A stretch of DNA of 62,769 nucleotides, filler included, from Porpidia crustulata (taxonomy: Eukaryota): assembly GCA_964255105.1 (NCBI GenBank). It is 12 parts of 12 records of this genome, joined end to end, with 100 filler letters (N's around TTAATTAATTAA, not from the genome) between each part and the next. Parts side by side here need not be neighbours in the genome. Positions count along the whole stretch, not along the records: positions 10,531 to 15,693 come from CAXUWE010001896.1; positions 15,794 to 20,947 come from CAXUWE010001897.1; positions 21,048 to 26,200 come from CAXUWE010001898.1; positions 26,301 to 31,448 come from CAXUWE010001899.1; 8 more parts are not named here. One strand, 5' to 3'. The notes beneath the pieces were generated by a model that saw nothing but the letters and a program-made list of their open reading frames with translations, was not told the origin of the DNA and ran no database searches. Numbering within the stretch: the stretch's first letter is position 1; each line of letters starts with the position of its first letter. Both the position numbers and the translations under genes were made by a program. Positions 13,865 to 26,852 of this stretch are shown in pieces.

Positions 13865-14471
13865 TCTGATAAGTCCTTGCGTCGAACGGTAATATAACTT
13901 GAAGATCTTGATGCTCAAGCAGCCTGTTCGACCATCACCTCAAGACTGAGATGATGCTGTTGTTGCACAAGAAGGCATATGAACGGTTTGAAGGGAAAGC
14001 TGCACAGTGACGTTGGGGAAGCGTCTGCCCCGCGAATCCGCGACAGTCATCTTTCCAGGGACAAGCTGCTTGCCTGAAGAGTACTAGCACGACTTGATCC
14101 TCAATGACATACGGGAGCGAGTATCTCTCTCTGTGTATTGGATTGACATGATTAGTGACCATCATATTACAGAGAATTCTCCAGGCTCCGGATAGCGGCA
14201 TTAATCAGAGTAAGATATCAATTCGACATTGACGAACATGTCCTCCTTCTCCCTTCCGATCGAATCACTCTAATTTCCAATTTTCTTCGAATATTTCCCT
14301 CAAATCATTGCCGAAACACGTCATCCTTCGGCTTCGGCAGCATGAGGGGCAAAGGAGTAGAGTTTACAATCACAGATATCTGAGCAATTTTCTTCGTTGT
14401 AAAACCAATGCAGATGCGTTGAGATTAGGTCATACTTTTGGAAAATTTCTAATTGGAAAATCTGTATATAA

Positions 14472-15693
<1,222 letters not shown>

Positions 15694-15798
15694 NNNNNNN
15701 NNNNNNNNNNNNNNNNNNNNNNNNNNNNNNNNNNNNNTTAATTAATTAANNNNNNNNNNNNNNNNNNNNNNNNNNNNNNNNNNNNNNNNNNNNCCACC

Positions 15799-15846
15799 TT
15801 GATCCGGTGGGCTGCTGGGGATGTTGGGGAAGGTCTGATCGTAACA
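15799..15846 (-). mobile_element. LTR-retrotransposon terminus (copy 1)
   Basis: 48 bp identical to 26301-26348. The reverse complement begins TGTTACGATCAG, a typical fungal LTR start. It sits at a contig edge. Confidence 0.65.
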
Positions 15847-16162
15847 TCATTCTTTCGTAAGTCGACTTTTATTTCTTTTCTGCGTGTTGGGTCTAGATAA
15901 AGAACAGTTTTCAGAGTCTTAATGCTCGAGCTTGTTGTGTACAGGCCTGCGGTCTCTATCCTCATGGCTTCTCAATTCCCCAGCAGCCTCAAGCGTGGTA
16001 AAGAAACAAACATATCGGAAGCCTGTCTTCCAGCACAAGAGATATTCTTTGTTCATTAGGATTAAGCAATTAACCACCAAAGAGGTGGAGACTGTGAATA
16101 CAAATGTCTTAAAAGACAGACATAGTTATTTGACAGCGTCCCTCTCCTATCAAGACTCCCTG

Positions 16163-18409
16163 CTATACAAGTACCAAAGTTTCCCACGCAAAGTCAGCGT
16201 TGTCCTCCACTGCCCGTTCTACCTTGTCCATCATCCCATGCAAGTATGCCTCACCAACAAGTTCAAACTCCAAGCCAATATGGCCCTCCCTTTGTGGCAG
16301 TGGCCGCAATACAAATGGAACCCTAGCGGCCTGCAAGCAGCATATTCGATCCCTTACCTGCGCTGAGCGCGGTGCCAAACCAATGAAGCCTCGTTTGGTG
16401 TAGTAGAGACGGCGGCCCTGAGTTTGGAGGCTTTGTATATACCGATAAGGATCGTGTTCAGCAGAGTTTAGCGAGGTGGTGTTAGTATGTGCTTCTGCTG
16501 TGTGTCCGTCGTGTGGGGCAAAATTCTGCTGGGCGATCATAGTGAGACGTGTAACAATGTCGGAAACCAACGGAATTGGAATCTTGTCAGCACTGGCGGA
16601 AGAATCTAGGGTAGAGACTTCTGCTAGTGATTCCAGAAGACGGCTGTGCTCTGTAAGGAAGCTGTCGATCGTCGGCAGAACAACAGTGCCTAGTTGCCGC
16701 GATCCTTCTGGCAACGCATCTAGGGGCTGGTTTTTGATGCGCCAAATAATTTGACAGAGCTTTTCCAGAATGAAGGACCGAAACGGTAGAGCCATGTCTG
16801 CATCTGCGACTCTTCCTGATTGTCCTGAGAGTCTGGCATGGCTGGAGAGGTCCTTATTTGTAATGAGTGTCCGCCAAAGCGCCTCTATCCTGTGTTCGCC
16901 GTTGAAATACTGATGGGGCATGGTAAAAGCAAATTCCAGCAAGCTCTGTAAACTGTAGCTTTGGTTTGAGAGTGCATCTGTAATTGCAACTGAGTCGATA
17001 GCCTCAATCTCATCGATAATGGCTCCGAGGGCAGATAGCTTATTGCCTGAGACTGAGCGCGTTAGAAGAAGAGATGCAGCAGTCGGACCCTCGAAATCTT
17101 CGAGGGTCAGCCTCTGACCTATAAGCTCATGAATTTCTGGCGTCGCGCTGAGATCGGGAACCCACGAAGGAAGCTCTTTCAACCGTCGCTCGCTTCTATC
17201 TTCAACTAGGGATAAAATGGTCATCTGTGGGACTCGACTCAAGACCCAGCACGCGAATTTAAGATATAGCTTCTTTGTGGTCATGTTGTCTTCATAGCTG
17301 ACCGAGAAGTCATCAGCCCTACATCTCGACGGAATAAGGCGATTGATGGCGCCGACGACTGCGTATACTTTGTCTCTTAGGTCTGTAGTCTGGCGATACC
17401 TCATTATAGAGACAAATGAAAGCAAATATTGTGATCGAATCGTACTTGCATTCAGAATGCTTGGGGTCGGAGAAGTCGTGGGTAGAGAATCCCAGAGGGA
17501 TTGCGTGCGCTTCAAAGTGTCCCGAACGATCGATTGATCTCTCAGAGTGGCAGGTTTGTGCTTGACATCTGGATCAAGATCAAAGACATTTCTTAATATC
17601 TGAAGTGTTCGTAACGATGTGTACGGAGTGGAGTACCCCTCCTTCGCTGAAACCATGACAGAAGGATGGCTGCAGAGATCATAGATTGCAAGGTCATCCA
17701 CGTCCTGTCTTTCAATAAAATTTTTGCCATATAGGTAGCGAAGATTGGTTGCAAGTAGTGCTTCTTGGAACGTCCAGGCACGCCCAAACCAGCTTCGTCT
17801 TCGAAAGGGACTATAGGCCTCTAGTATTTTGGGGTCTGCTAGAATGCCCAACTGTAACATTCTGTCCAGACTTAAGCTTCTCATGGCCGATGTGTCTTTT
17901 GACCTGTCTCCCAAGTGCGCCCGTAGTGCTGGCATGAACTCGTTGTGGAGGCGTAGAGCACCGCTGTCTGCCGCTGACTCTGGGCCAAGCCAGACGATTA
18001 CTTCATCAGCACCAGCATATATGTCTCCCATGAGCATGACTTGAGAACTACGCTCGACAGTGTTGTTCTGATCAATACAAATGGCATCGATCCAGAAAGG
18101 ACCCTTCAGACCCTGGGAAGTAAGCGAGGATAACGCTCTTGCTAGATTTTCTCGAATAGGAAATTGAGTGTTCTCAAGAGTTATGAATAGATCCTCAGTT
18201 GGAGCATTCGTATTTCTAGGACTGTCAGGTGCGCTAGGCGCAAAAGGATCCTCCCAGGTATATGAGAGCGCAGTGAATGGTGGTGCCTCCTGTAGAAGAT
18301 ACGTTCGCAGGGAGCAGACGAAATGAGGCGTCGAATTTGAGATAGTCAGGAGACGAATCGAGCGTTCTTCCAGCAATCGACTTGCCCTATACACTGCGCG
18401 AGTAGACAT
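16163..18409 (-). CDS. Heterokaryon-incompatibility (HET-domain, HET-6-like) protein, single exon
   Basis: FTALSYTWED, FWIDAICIDQ..ERSSQVMLMGDIYAGADEVIVWLG, WFGRAWTFQE, TDLRDKVYA, LPSWVPD and C-terminal RGFIGLAP..VPFVLR..LVGEAYLHGMM. Confidence 0.92.
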   Translation of the reverse strand: MSTRAVYRASRLLEERSIRLLTISNSTPHFVCSLRTYLLQEAPPFTALSYTWEDPFAPSAPDSPRNTNAPTEDLFITLENTQFPIRENLARALSSLTSQGLKGPFWIDAICIDQNNTVERSSQVMLMGDIYAGADEVIVWLGPESAADSGALRLHNEFMPALRAHLGDRSKDTSAMRSLSLDRMLQLGILADPKILEAYSPFRRRSWFGRAWTFQEALLATNLRYLYGKNFIERQDVDDLAIYDLCSHPSVMVSAKEGYSTPYTSLRTLQILRNVFDLDPDVKHKPATLRDQSIVRDTLKRTQSLWDSLPTTSPTPSILNASTIRSQYLLSFVSIMRYRQTTDLRDKVYAVVGAINRLIPSRCRADDFSVSYEDNMTTKKLYLKFACWVLSRVPQMTILSLVEDRSERRLKELPSWVPDLSATPEIHELIGQRLTLEDFEGPTAASLLLTRSVSGNKLSALGAIIDEIEAIDSVAITDALSNQSYSLQSLLEFAFTMPHQYFNGEHRIEALWRTLITNKDLSSHARLSGQSGRVADADMALPFRSFILEKLCQIIWRIKNQPLDALPEGSRQLGTVVLPTIDSFLTEHSRLLESLAEVSTLDSSASADKIPIPLVSDIVTRLTMIAQQNFAPHDGHTAEAHTNTTSLNSAEHDPYRYIQSLQTQGRRLYYTKRGFIGLAPRSAQVRDRICCLQAARVPFVLRPLPQREGHIGLEFELVGEAYLHGMMDKVERAVEDNADFAWETLVLV

Positions 18410-19269
18410 GTCACCGAGTATTAGGGTCAATTCTGGCAGATATCAAATTCAACATCATAGTACAGAAGCAAGCCATGGAACGATATATGAAATAGAAAAG
18501 ATACCAAAATTGGAGAGCGTAAGAATCGAGATACTACCGTGGCTAATGCCCGGCTTCTTTAAACGTCAGATCTGTTAGCTATCTCCTCCGCTGCTGCAAT
18601 GCTGCTTTTTTGCTAAGACCGGGTACGCTAACCGCTTTTGCAACTATATATGCAGTGACTTTGTTGCTGCAGCGGGAGAAATATGTCTACGAAGAGTGCA
18701 ACTCTTGCCAGCAACGAACTGTTCTGCATAGAGGCACTTCGCATGATATGCAGGCGTGGCAGGCCCACAACGTCTGATTGGGTCGTTTTTGAGCTTGACT
18801 TACCCGGGCCACCACTCTGATCTTCACCCGGTCGGCCTCTTGCTAGGGGAGAGACTCCCAGCGCAGTCAAGGTCTGGAAATGCGTACAGCCTCACGGCCA
18901 GTAAGTAGAAGGAATGTGAAGTAGGCATTAGTAAACTGTTATTTACTTGGAAACTTAGACCACGTAGCCGCGTTACTACCAAAATGTCGCGATTATAAGA
19001 CGCGCTTAATAGAGTAGGTCCATGTCAGCCTTATCCGAGCTACGAATCTCAACAGTACAGTCAGGCAGGCACACAGGTTAGCAGGCTATTTTAGAATTAT
19101 CTTACTTCTTCTAAGATCAAGCCTGGGCAAATGAGTCTAAAATCATCTAGTGTTGAGATGAGCCACTCCGTAATGTCATTATAATTCTCAGAGCTGGCCA
19201 ATTTGATCCGGGGGCGAGTCCCAGCTTCTTGGTGCTTGTTAGGTTCCGAACTGGCCATTCATAGATACG

Positions 19270-20947
19270 ATGCGTATCGCCATTGAAGGCTGTGTATGCC
19301 CCAACTTCGCCTGGCCCGAGGTACTAAGGCTGACAAGATCCCTCAGGGCCATGGTACATTGCACGCAATATATGCGTCGATCAAGAAATCATGTGAGATC
19401 AACCGTTGGCCCGGCATTGATCTTTTGATCATCGGCGGTGATTTCCAGGTATTAGGGCCTGTTGATACTGAACTACATTAATTTATTGACAAGTTTAGGC
19501 AGTTCGTAACTCTTATGACCTGAATTGCATGTCTGTTCCTATTAAATATCGTGAAATTGGCGATTTCCACGAATACTATAGCGGCAGGCGGACAGCTCCC
19601 TATCTGACAGTGTTTGTCGGTGGAAACCATGAAGCGAGTAACCATCTATTTGAGCTTTACTACGGTGGATGGGTGGCTCCCAACATCTATTACATGGGTG
19701 CTGCGAATGTTGTTAGGTTTGGTCCGCTTCGGATCGCAGGTTTCTCAGGCATCTGGAAAGGCTACAATTATAACAAGCCCCACCATGAACGTCTTCCTTA
19801 CAACCAAGATGATGTCAAGAGCATCTACCATGTAAGAGAATTAGACGTGAGAAAACTATTGCAAATCCGGACTCAAGTGGATATAGGCATCAGTCACGAC
19901 TGGCCTCGGGGTGTCGAGTGGATGGGGAATTTCCAGGCCCTGTTCCGCCAGAAAGACCTTTTTGAGGCTGATGCTCGGGCCGGGAGGTTAGGGAGCTCTG
20001 CAGCGAGATACGTGATGGAGCGACTCCGACCATTGCATTGGTTTTCGGCTCACCTCCACTGCAAGTTCGCTGCTGTCGTAAATCATGACGGTAGGGATTC
20101 TTCGGACCAACCCACTGAGTCTGCAGTCAATGCTATAGGGACTATGAACCAAGTGGTTATAAAAAATACAGATGAGATTGATATAAATGTTGATGACGAT
20201 ACGACATCCCAGCAACAGCCACCAGAAACCACAGCTTTACCGAAGAACGACGACGAAATCGATCTCGATATAGAGGACGACGATTCAATGCAAAACCCTA
20301 AGGTTCTCGAGCCTGAAAAATCCCAGCAATCAGGTGTTCAAGAGATCTCTCACGACATCCGCTCCCTACTCCCTGCTTCCTTCTCCCGGCCTCTACCGAA
20401 CCCAAGACTTCCTCCTGGTCCCTGGACCCCTCTCATAACCAACAAAGTGACCCACTTCCTAGCTCTCGATAAATGCCTCCCCAACCGCAAATTCCTCCAA
20501 ATCCTCGATATCAATCCCCTCTCGCCCTCCCCTGATCCCGAAACCCCATATCATATGGCTTATGACAAAGAATGGCTTGCCATCACTCGTGTCTTCGCGT
20601 CTGATCTCGCGCTTGGAGGCTTACCTTCCGAACCCGTCCCACCGAACAAAGGCGAGGCCTATTATCGGCCCTTAATCGAAGCCGAGGAGCAATGGGTAGA
20701 AGAGAATCTCGTGGCGAAGGACAGGATGAGGGTTCCCGAGAACTTTGAACTCACGGCACCGGCGTATGAGGAGGGTGTAAACCCAGGAAGGGAGATGCCG
20801 AGGGAGTACAACAATCCTCAAATTGAGGCATTCTGTGAGATGTTGGGGATTGCAAATTCTTTCGCGATGACAGAATCAGAGAGGAAGGAACGGGTCAGGC
20901 AAGGGCCCAGGGCAGAAGAACCGAGGATGGGAGGTAGAGGGAGAGGT
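19270..20947 (+). CDS. DBR1: Lariat debranching enzyme, 3' end at contig end
   Basis: MRIAIEGC/GHG, IIGGDFQ, GGNHEAS, SHDWP, WFSAHLH, FLALDKCLP..FLQ and YDKEWLAI. Confidence 0.93.
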
Positions 20948-21047
20948 NNNNNNNNNNNNNNNNNNNNNNNNNNNNNNNNNNNNNNNNNNNNTTAATTAAT
21001 TAANNNNNNNNNNNNNNNNNNNNNNNNNNNNNNNNNNNNNNNNNNNN

Positions 21048-21505
21048 TCCTTCTCCCCACCCTCCTAGCCATCTTAATCGCCCGCTACACGCCTCTAACC
21101 CCGCAACACCTCACCCTCCTCCACTGCTTCTCCCTCCTCCTCCTAGGCATGTTCCTCGCCACCCTCGCCACTCTCAACTTCTCCCTCGCCTTCTTCATCG
21201 GCCTGCTCTCCGCGCCCTTGTCCTTCCTAGCGCAGTCATCATCAACTCCAGCATCCGACCCGAAACCCCCTTCGCGCTGCAGTATCGCGGTCAACTTAGC
21301 TTGGAGCGCGTCGCTGCAACTTCTGAGCCCGCCCATGGTGGTGCTGGCGGCGTGCAGGGTGTGGGGTGTGGATGTAGGGCAGATACTGGCGGAGGCGGCG
21401 TTTGGGTGGTGGGTCAGCGGGCTGTGGTCGCAGGTGGTGGTTTGGTGCGTTTGGTGGCCGGCGTGGTTGGTCGGGAATGTGGTTGTCAGTCCGTTTCTGT
21501 TGTAG
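21048..21505 (+). CDS. GAA1: GPI transamidase component Gaa1, C-terminal fragment
   Basis: FSLLLLGMFLATLATLNFSLAFFIGLL and AAFGWWVSGLWSQVVVWCVWWPAW match the Gaa1 C-terminal transmembrane region. Confidence 0.8.
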
Positions 21506-21743
21506 ATTACGTGGGATTATAAATAAGGCAGTGGGCAGTATTGGGGCTAGTGAATATTCTCCTACGGTTTCGTTTCGCGGTACTTTAGAATTTTTGTGGG
21601 ACAGCTGTGAAGCTTATCAATGTCAACAGGGTTGTTCGTTTCTTGCAACCCACGGACTACAGATCAGCAGCTACTGCTTTATAAATGTCTAATCTACGCT
21701 TTCATACAACTCAAAATATCTCCATAACCGCACAACCCTACCC

Positions 21744-22954
21744 TCACGCCGCCCAAACATCCTTGCCCACCCCCTCGATCCAGTTCCCCAGCTGATTAAC
21801 GCTACTGTCCCAATCCTTCAACCGCACCCTCATGTTATCAATCTGCTTCATATCCAGCACCTTGGGCTGTACCCAATTGATGCGCGCAATCTCGGCCACC
21901 TGGTCGATGCTCCCCTTGAGCAGACCCAGGCTCAGCGCCTTCATGATCAGGATCTCAATCTCCTGCGGGCGCACGTTGGTCTCGCGGCTGATGGTGGCGA
22001 ACGACATGGCGCGGTCGTGGGGCGGGCGGCGGAAGACGGCCTCGGTGAGGGCGGCGAGGGAGATTTTCTGGTAGAGGAAGGTCTTGTGCTGGTCGAGGAG
22101 CGGGGATTTGGCGAGGTTGGCCTCGAGGACGGCGCGGGCGCGGCCCCGGGGTGGGGGGGGTGGTGGCGGGGGGTGACGGCTACGAGGAGGTCGCGGAGCC
22201 AGGCGTGCGGGGTGGGCTGGAGGGAGGAGAGGATGGGGTGCAGGAGGAGCTCGCCGAAGTTGTAGATGGTGTCGGAGATGAGGGCGGCGACGCTGAGGTC
22301 ATAGGCGCGGGACTGGGCGTCGGCTTGGGTGAGGGAGGCCAGGTCGATGCAGGCGAGGTAGAGGAGGGCGTTCTTGTAGTAGGCGCCGAAGTCGAGCGTG
22401 GCTTGGTAGTAGGCGGCGTTGATGCGGTAGAAGGTGGCGTGGACTTCGGTTTCGACGCTGTCGAAGGTGTCGAGGATTGTTTCGGCGGTGTCGAGGTCTT
22501 TGCGCGCGCCGGAGGGGTCTGAAAGACGGAGTTTGACGTCGGCGGCGGCGACGAGGGCATAGACGTAGGCATCTTGTGACGAGGGTTTACTGACCTTTTT
22601 CGTCAGGTCTGTAAGGAAGGCGAGGCGTTCATGGTCGTCTGGGGAAGGTTAGTGAGATCTTTGATTATGGGATTCGAGTTCAGTACCTGAGCATTGGGTG
22701 GCCGCTTGTAAGCCCAACGAGACGAACTTGAGCTGGTTGATTTTCTCGGCAAAGCTTAGGATGAATCTTCTGAACAATGGTAGTCTCTGGGAGGCGCTGG
22801 CTGGGGTGTTGAAGTATTCGATAAGAACGTCCGTAAGCTGATGCCATAATTTGCGTTCCCAGTAATCTTCTACATTGAGGAAGCTTGCTTGTAACTCTTC
22901 TGGTGCTTCTTCGCGTTGTTCTGACAAGAAGTCTTGGATTACTTCCGGATCCAT
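21744..22954 (-). CDS. RPN9: 26S proteasome regulatory subunit Rpn9 (PCI domain)
   Basis: WERKLWHQLT, FAEKINQLK, YKNALLYLAC, IYNFGELLLHPIL and LIMKALSLGLLKGSIDQV..WVQPKVLD. One intron at about 22640-22687. Confidence 0.93.
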
Positions 22955-23177
22955 ATTCTGTATCTTTAATGATTCTATGCCTAGAGAGTATTAGATCACG
23001 CGTGAGTCAGGTGCAGGATGGATGATCGAGGTTTGGGGAGATTTCTGAACAGCTTGTAAAGCTCTTGCGGCAACGTTTGGCATCGGCCAATGGCAACTTC
23101 CGACGCTTGTGCGGCAGGCCCCCCGTGCCCCCCCAACACTGCAACATCGTCAGACCTTGTGAGTCCAGCGCGCAGTC

Positions 23178-24385
23178 ATGGAAAGGTGCTGGGTTACTCC
23201 GGTCTCGAAAGGTTTGCGCGCCCTCAATGGATCACAAAGGACATGCAATGCCACCTTGGTCTGCCGAAGAGGACTACAGGATGTATCGATCACCCGAACC
23301 GGAAAGCCCATCATTCGAGTTCAAGGTGGTCGGTCATCGCTTGGAGGGCATACAGCGACTGTATTTGGGGCTACTGGCTTCCTAGGCCGCTATATTGTTC
23401 AACGACTGGCCCAGCGAGGATGTACTGTGGTCATCCCCTTTCGCGAGGACCTGGCCAAGCGACATCTCAAGGTCACAGGCGATTTGGGAAGAATTATTTT
23501 CATGGAGTTTGATCTACGGAACACCCCGTCTCTTGAAGAGAGTGTTCGACATTCTGACGTGGTATACAATCTCATTGGACGAGATTATCCTACAAAGAAT
23601 TTTGACCTCGAAGATGTTCATGTGGAGGGAACTGAGCGCATTGCTGAAGCTGTGGCCAAATATGACGTTGATCGCTTCATCCAAATTTCTTCTTACAATG
23701 CCGACAAAAATTCTACATCAGAGTTCTTCCGAACAAAGGCCAGGGGCGAAGAAGTTGCAAGGAGTATCTTCCCCGAAACAACAATTGTCCGGCCTGCTCC
23801 TCTCTTCGGGTTTGAAGATCGCCTTCTACACAAACTCGCAGGAGTAACGAATCTATTGACCGCAAATCACATGCAAGAACGATTCTGGCCTGTTCATGTC
23901 AGGCATTGTAACCCCTCATCTAGAATAGTAGTTACTAACGGCCCCTTCAGGCTATCGATGTCGGCAAAGCTCTATACCAAATGGTTGAAGACGACTCAAC
24001 CGCCTCTGAAACATACGAACTCTACGGCCCCACGAACTACTCCCTGGCAGAGATCGCTGCGCTCGTGGACAAAGAAATCATCAAACATCGCCGCCACATC
24101 AATCTTCCTAAGCGCCTACTGAAGCCAATGGCAGAACTATACAACAAGCTGATCTGGTGGTCAACGACCTCGGCAGATACTGTTGAGAGGGAATACATTG
24201 ATCAAAAAATTGACCCGAAAGCCAAGACGTTCAAAGATCTGGGCATCGAGCCTGGAGAGTTGGCGAATTTCACGTTCCACTACTTACAAGGATATCGGAG
24301 CTCGGGTTTCTATGACTTACCGCCTGCGACGGAGAGGGAGAAGAGAGAGGAGAAGAAGTATCTGCATGTTCTTGACGATCAGTAA
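23178..24385 (+). CDS. NDUFA9: NADH:ubiquinone oxidoreductase 39/40-kDa subunit (complex I, NDUFA9/nuo-40)
   Basis: GGRSSLGGHTATVFGATGFLGRY, HLKVTGDLG and SDVVYNLIGRDYPTKNF. One intron at about 23898-23950. Confidence 0.93.
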
Positions 24386-26300
24386 CCTGGAAGTTGGGCT
24401 GGAGTCTAATAATTCTTTTGTCTTGTCACTGGGTAGAGGAGCACATATTGTACATAGGCTCTGCAAAAAACAATGTCGAAATCTGATCGATTTTCCGATA
24501 CTCTTTCTCTCCGCGGACGTCAAGTAGCACTTTTTTGTTCCTACTCAAGCTTTCTTCTGAGAATGCTGATAGTTTGAATTAGTACACAGTGAGTTCCCTG
24601 ATTCGTTCTTCAGCAATGTTCCATCGTCAATATAGGCATATTGCCAAGGCGTCTTTTCTTTCCCATTTTCTTCGGCTCTCTTTACCTTGTGGCTTACATC
24701 AAGTGTGTTGGGTCCTCTCTCCAGTTCATTTTTCTTTTCATGATCTGCCTGATGTCGCAAAGTTGAAAAGACGTCATTTATATATCACTCAATTGGATTG
24801 TAGCGAGTTACTATAACAAGTCAGAAGACAAACGTTTCTTTCAGTCTCCGATCTTTCACTCAGTCTCTCGGCTTTTTTAGTCCTGCCGCCCTCTCTTCTC
24901 TCATATTATCTCATCGTCTCCCTTGGCTTCTTCTCTTGACCCCCTTTTAATTTCCAACTCGACGTATCATCTATGGACTCTTCGCAAGCAACCACGGAAG
25001 CTAGAATCTTCGTTAGTGGCGTCTCGGTGTCTATTGGTGGCCACATAATCGGTGCCACGATTAATAAATATTTCAAGACCAAATCGCTTCTCTTCTTCTG
25101 AACAAGGACCCAGCTCGGATTATACTGGACACTTGAGAGCTTGCATCGGCAGATCACAGCAGTACGGGCAAGCTAATCATTTAAAGACATGGGAGAAGGT
25201 AAAGGGGGCCATTACACCCGCGCATCCGGTGATGGAATGCTCAATGATAATTTCATCGGGTTTGGTAACACTTCCCTAATAATACTGCGACATTGATGAT
25301 GTCAATGAAATCACCAATATAGACATGGCCGTTATCGACCGCAACGCGGTTGCCTTCGTCATCGGCGCTGGCTGTACAGCGTTCCTCTAGCTATGTTGTC
25401 GCCATGTACCATCTACGGTGTAGATATGGGCCCGATCAAGAAAATATAGAATTCAAATTCCATACCTAACACAACCTATATTAAAGTGCACCAGGGCATT
25501 CACCGTCGACAAAGGTGAAAATATCTAGGACAGTAAGTTCTTGCGCACAGCTCAGAGATTTGCTTCTTTGTTCGATTTGACAGTTCATTAATCTACTTGT
25601 TTACACCAAGCAATCAGACGTGCATGTTCATGACCTCGTTCTTGCGTACCTTCTCCTAACCGCCGAAGCCGCCAACCCTCCGTGCCTTCCTAGTGGTACC
25701 GCGATACAGCATCCACACGAACGCCACTTCACGGTAGCGGCCTCAAACACCTGGGCTTCCAATCACAGCTGCGAGCCCTTGCACTCAGCGTCATCCGATG
25801 CACGTAGATCGATCAGCTGAGCCCCAAGAAAACTGCGGAATCGCATCATAGGGTACAATTTTGCGGGGCGGGAATTATAGAAGTAGTGCAAACCCGCCGA
25901 TAATTTTGGATAGGAGCAGTAGGGATGAGAAATGATGGGAGTGTAAGGGCATTGGCGGAACTTGAGATTATGGAGATGGGGAAAAAGAGACTGGTTTTGA
26001 TATTCGTAGTATACGCAGGGAACGAGTGTGATAGAGCATTCGAATCTGGGCACGATTTTTCTCATAAGAAACTGTTCATGTCTAAATTGTAGGACAAATG
26101 TCGGCTACTCGTTTTCACCTCTCAACGGGTCAGCAGGCATACACTGTATCCGGGCGAAATGTTGTTAGTACATGGCGTTTAGCCATACCATATTAGTTAT
26201 NNNNNNNNNNNNNNNNNNNNNNNNNNNNNNNNNNNNNNNNNNNNTTAATTAATTAANNNNNNNNNNNNNNNNNNNNNNNNNNNNNNNNNNNNNNNNNNNN

Positions 26301-26348
26301 TTGATCCGGTGGGCTGCTGGGGATGTTGGGGAAGGTCTGATCGTAACA
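26301..26348 (-). mobile_element. LTR-retrotransposon terminus (copy 2)
   Basis: 48 bp identical to 15799-15846, at the contig start, followed by an AT-rich tract. Confidence 0.65.
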
Positions 26349-26852
26349 ATAATAATATATAAAATTATTTTTATTGATTATTTAATTGTAATAATAAATT
26401 CTGCGCTTAAACGTGTCGTTCGTACGCTGCGTAATTAATTAAAATTAATTTAAAGAAGTTTAAAAAAGAACGTTAATTCGAAAAAGTTTAACGAATCGAT
26501 TAATTCGAAGAAGCTTAGTCGAATTTAACATTGTCTGAGAACTGAGGCAAAATAATCAATCAATAAGATCTAGCCCACTCACCTGCTCTCAACAACAGTC
26601 AACAACAGCCAAACAATAGTCAACTTGTTTACAAGTCCATCACTGACGTCGTTCGTTACCTGCCCTGTCAAACCGTCTGACAGCCCAGCCCTTCGTTTCC
26701 GACCTATCCATCTACTTTTCTCTACCCTATCTTCTCTCTCTCTCCCACCTTGCCTCCAACCTCTTCTCCCCTCTTTATCGCATTCTTGTAGACCAACAGC
26801 TGGCGTCGATTAAGTTCCAGCGCTGTTAGTATGCAACTGCCCGCTTAATTCA

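Noticed and set aside
22151..22572. Long alternative-frame ORFs overlapping RPN9 (and similar shadow ORFs over PPIL2, RMT2 and the TPR gene)
   Set aside because: They are by-products of high GC3 codon bias and give low-complexity translations.
24400..26200. Short ORFs downstream of NDUFA9
   Set aside because: No recognisable motif or consistent exon chain. The region may be degenerate, but no call can be supported.
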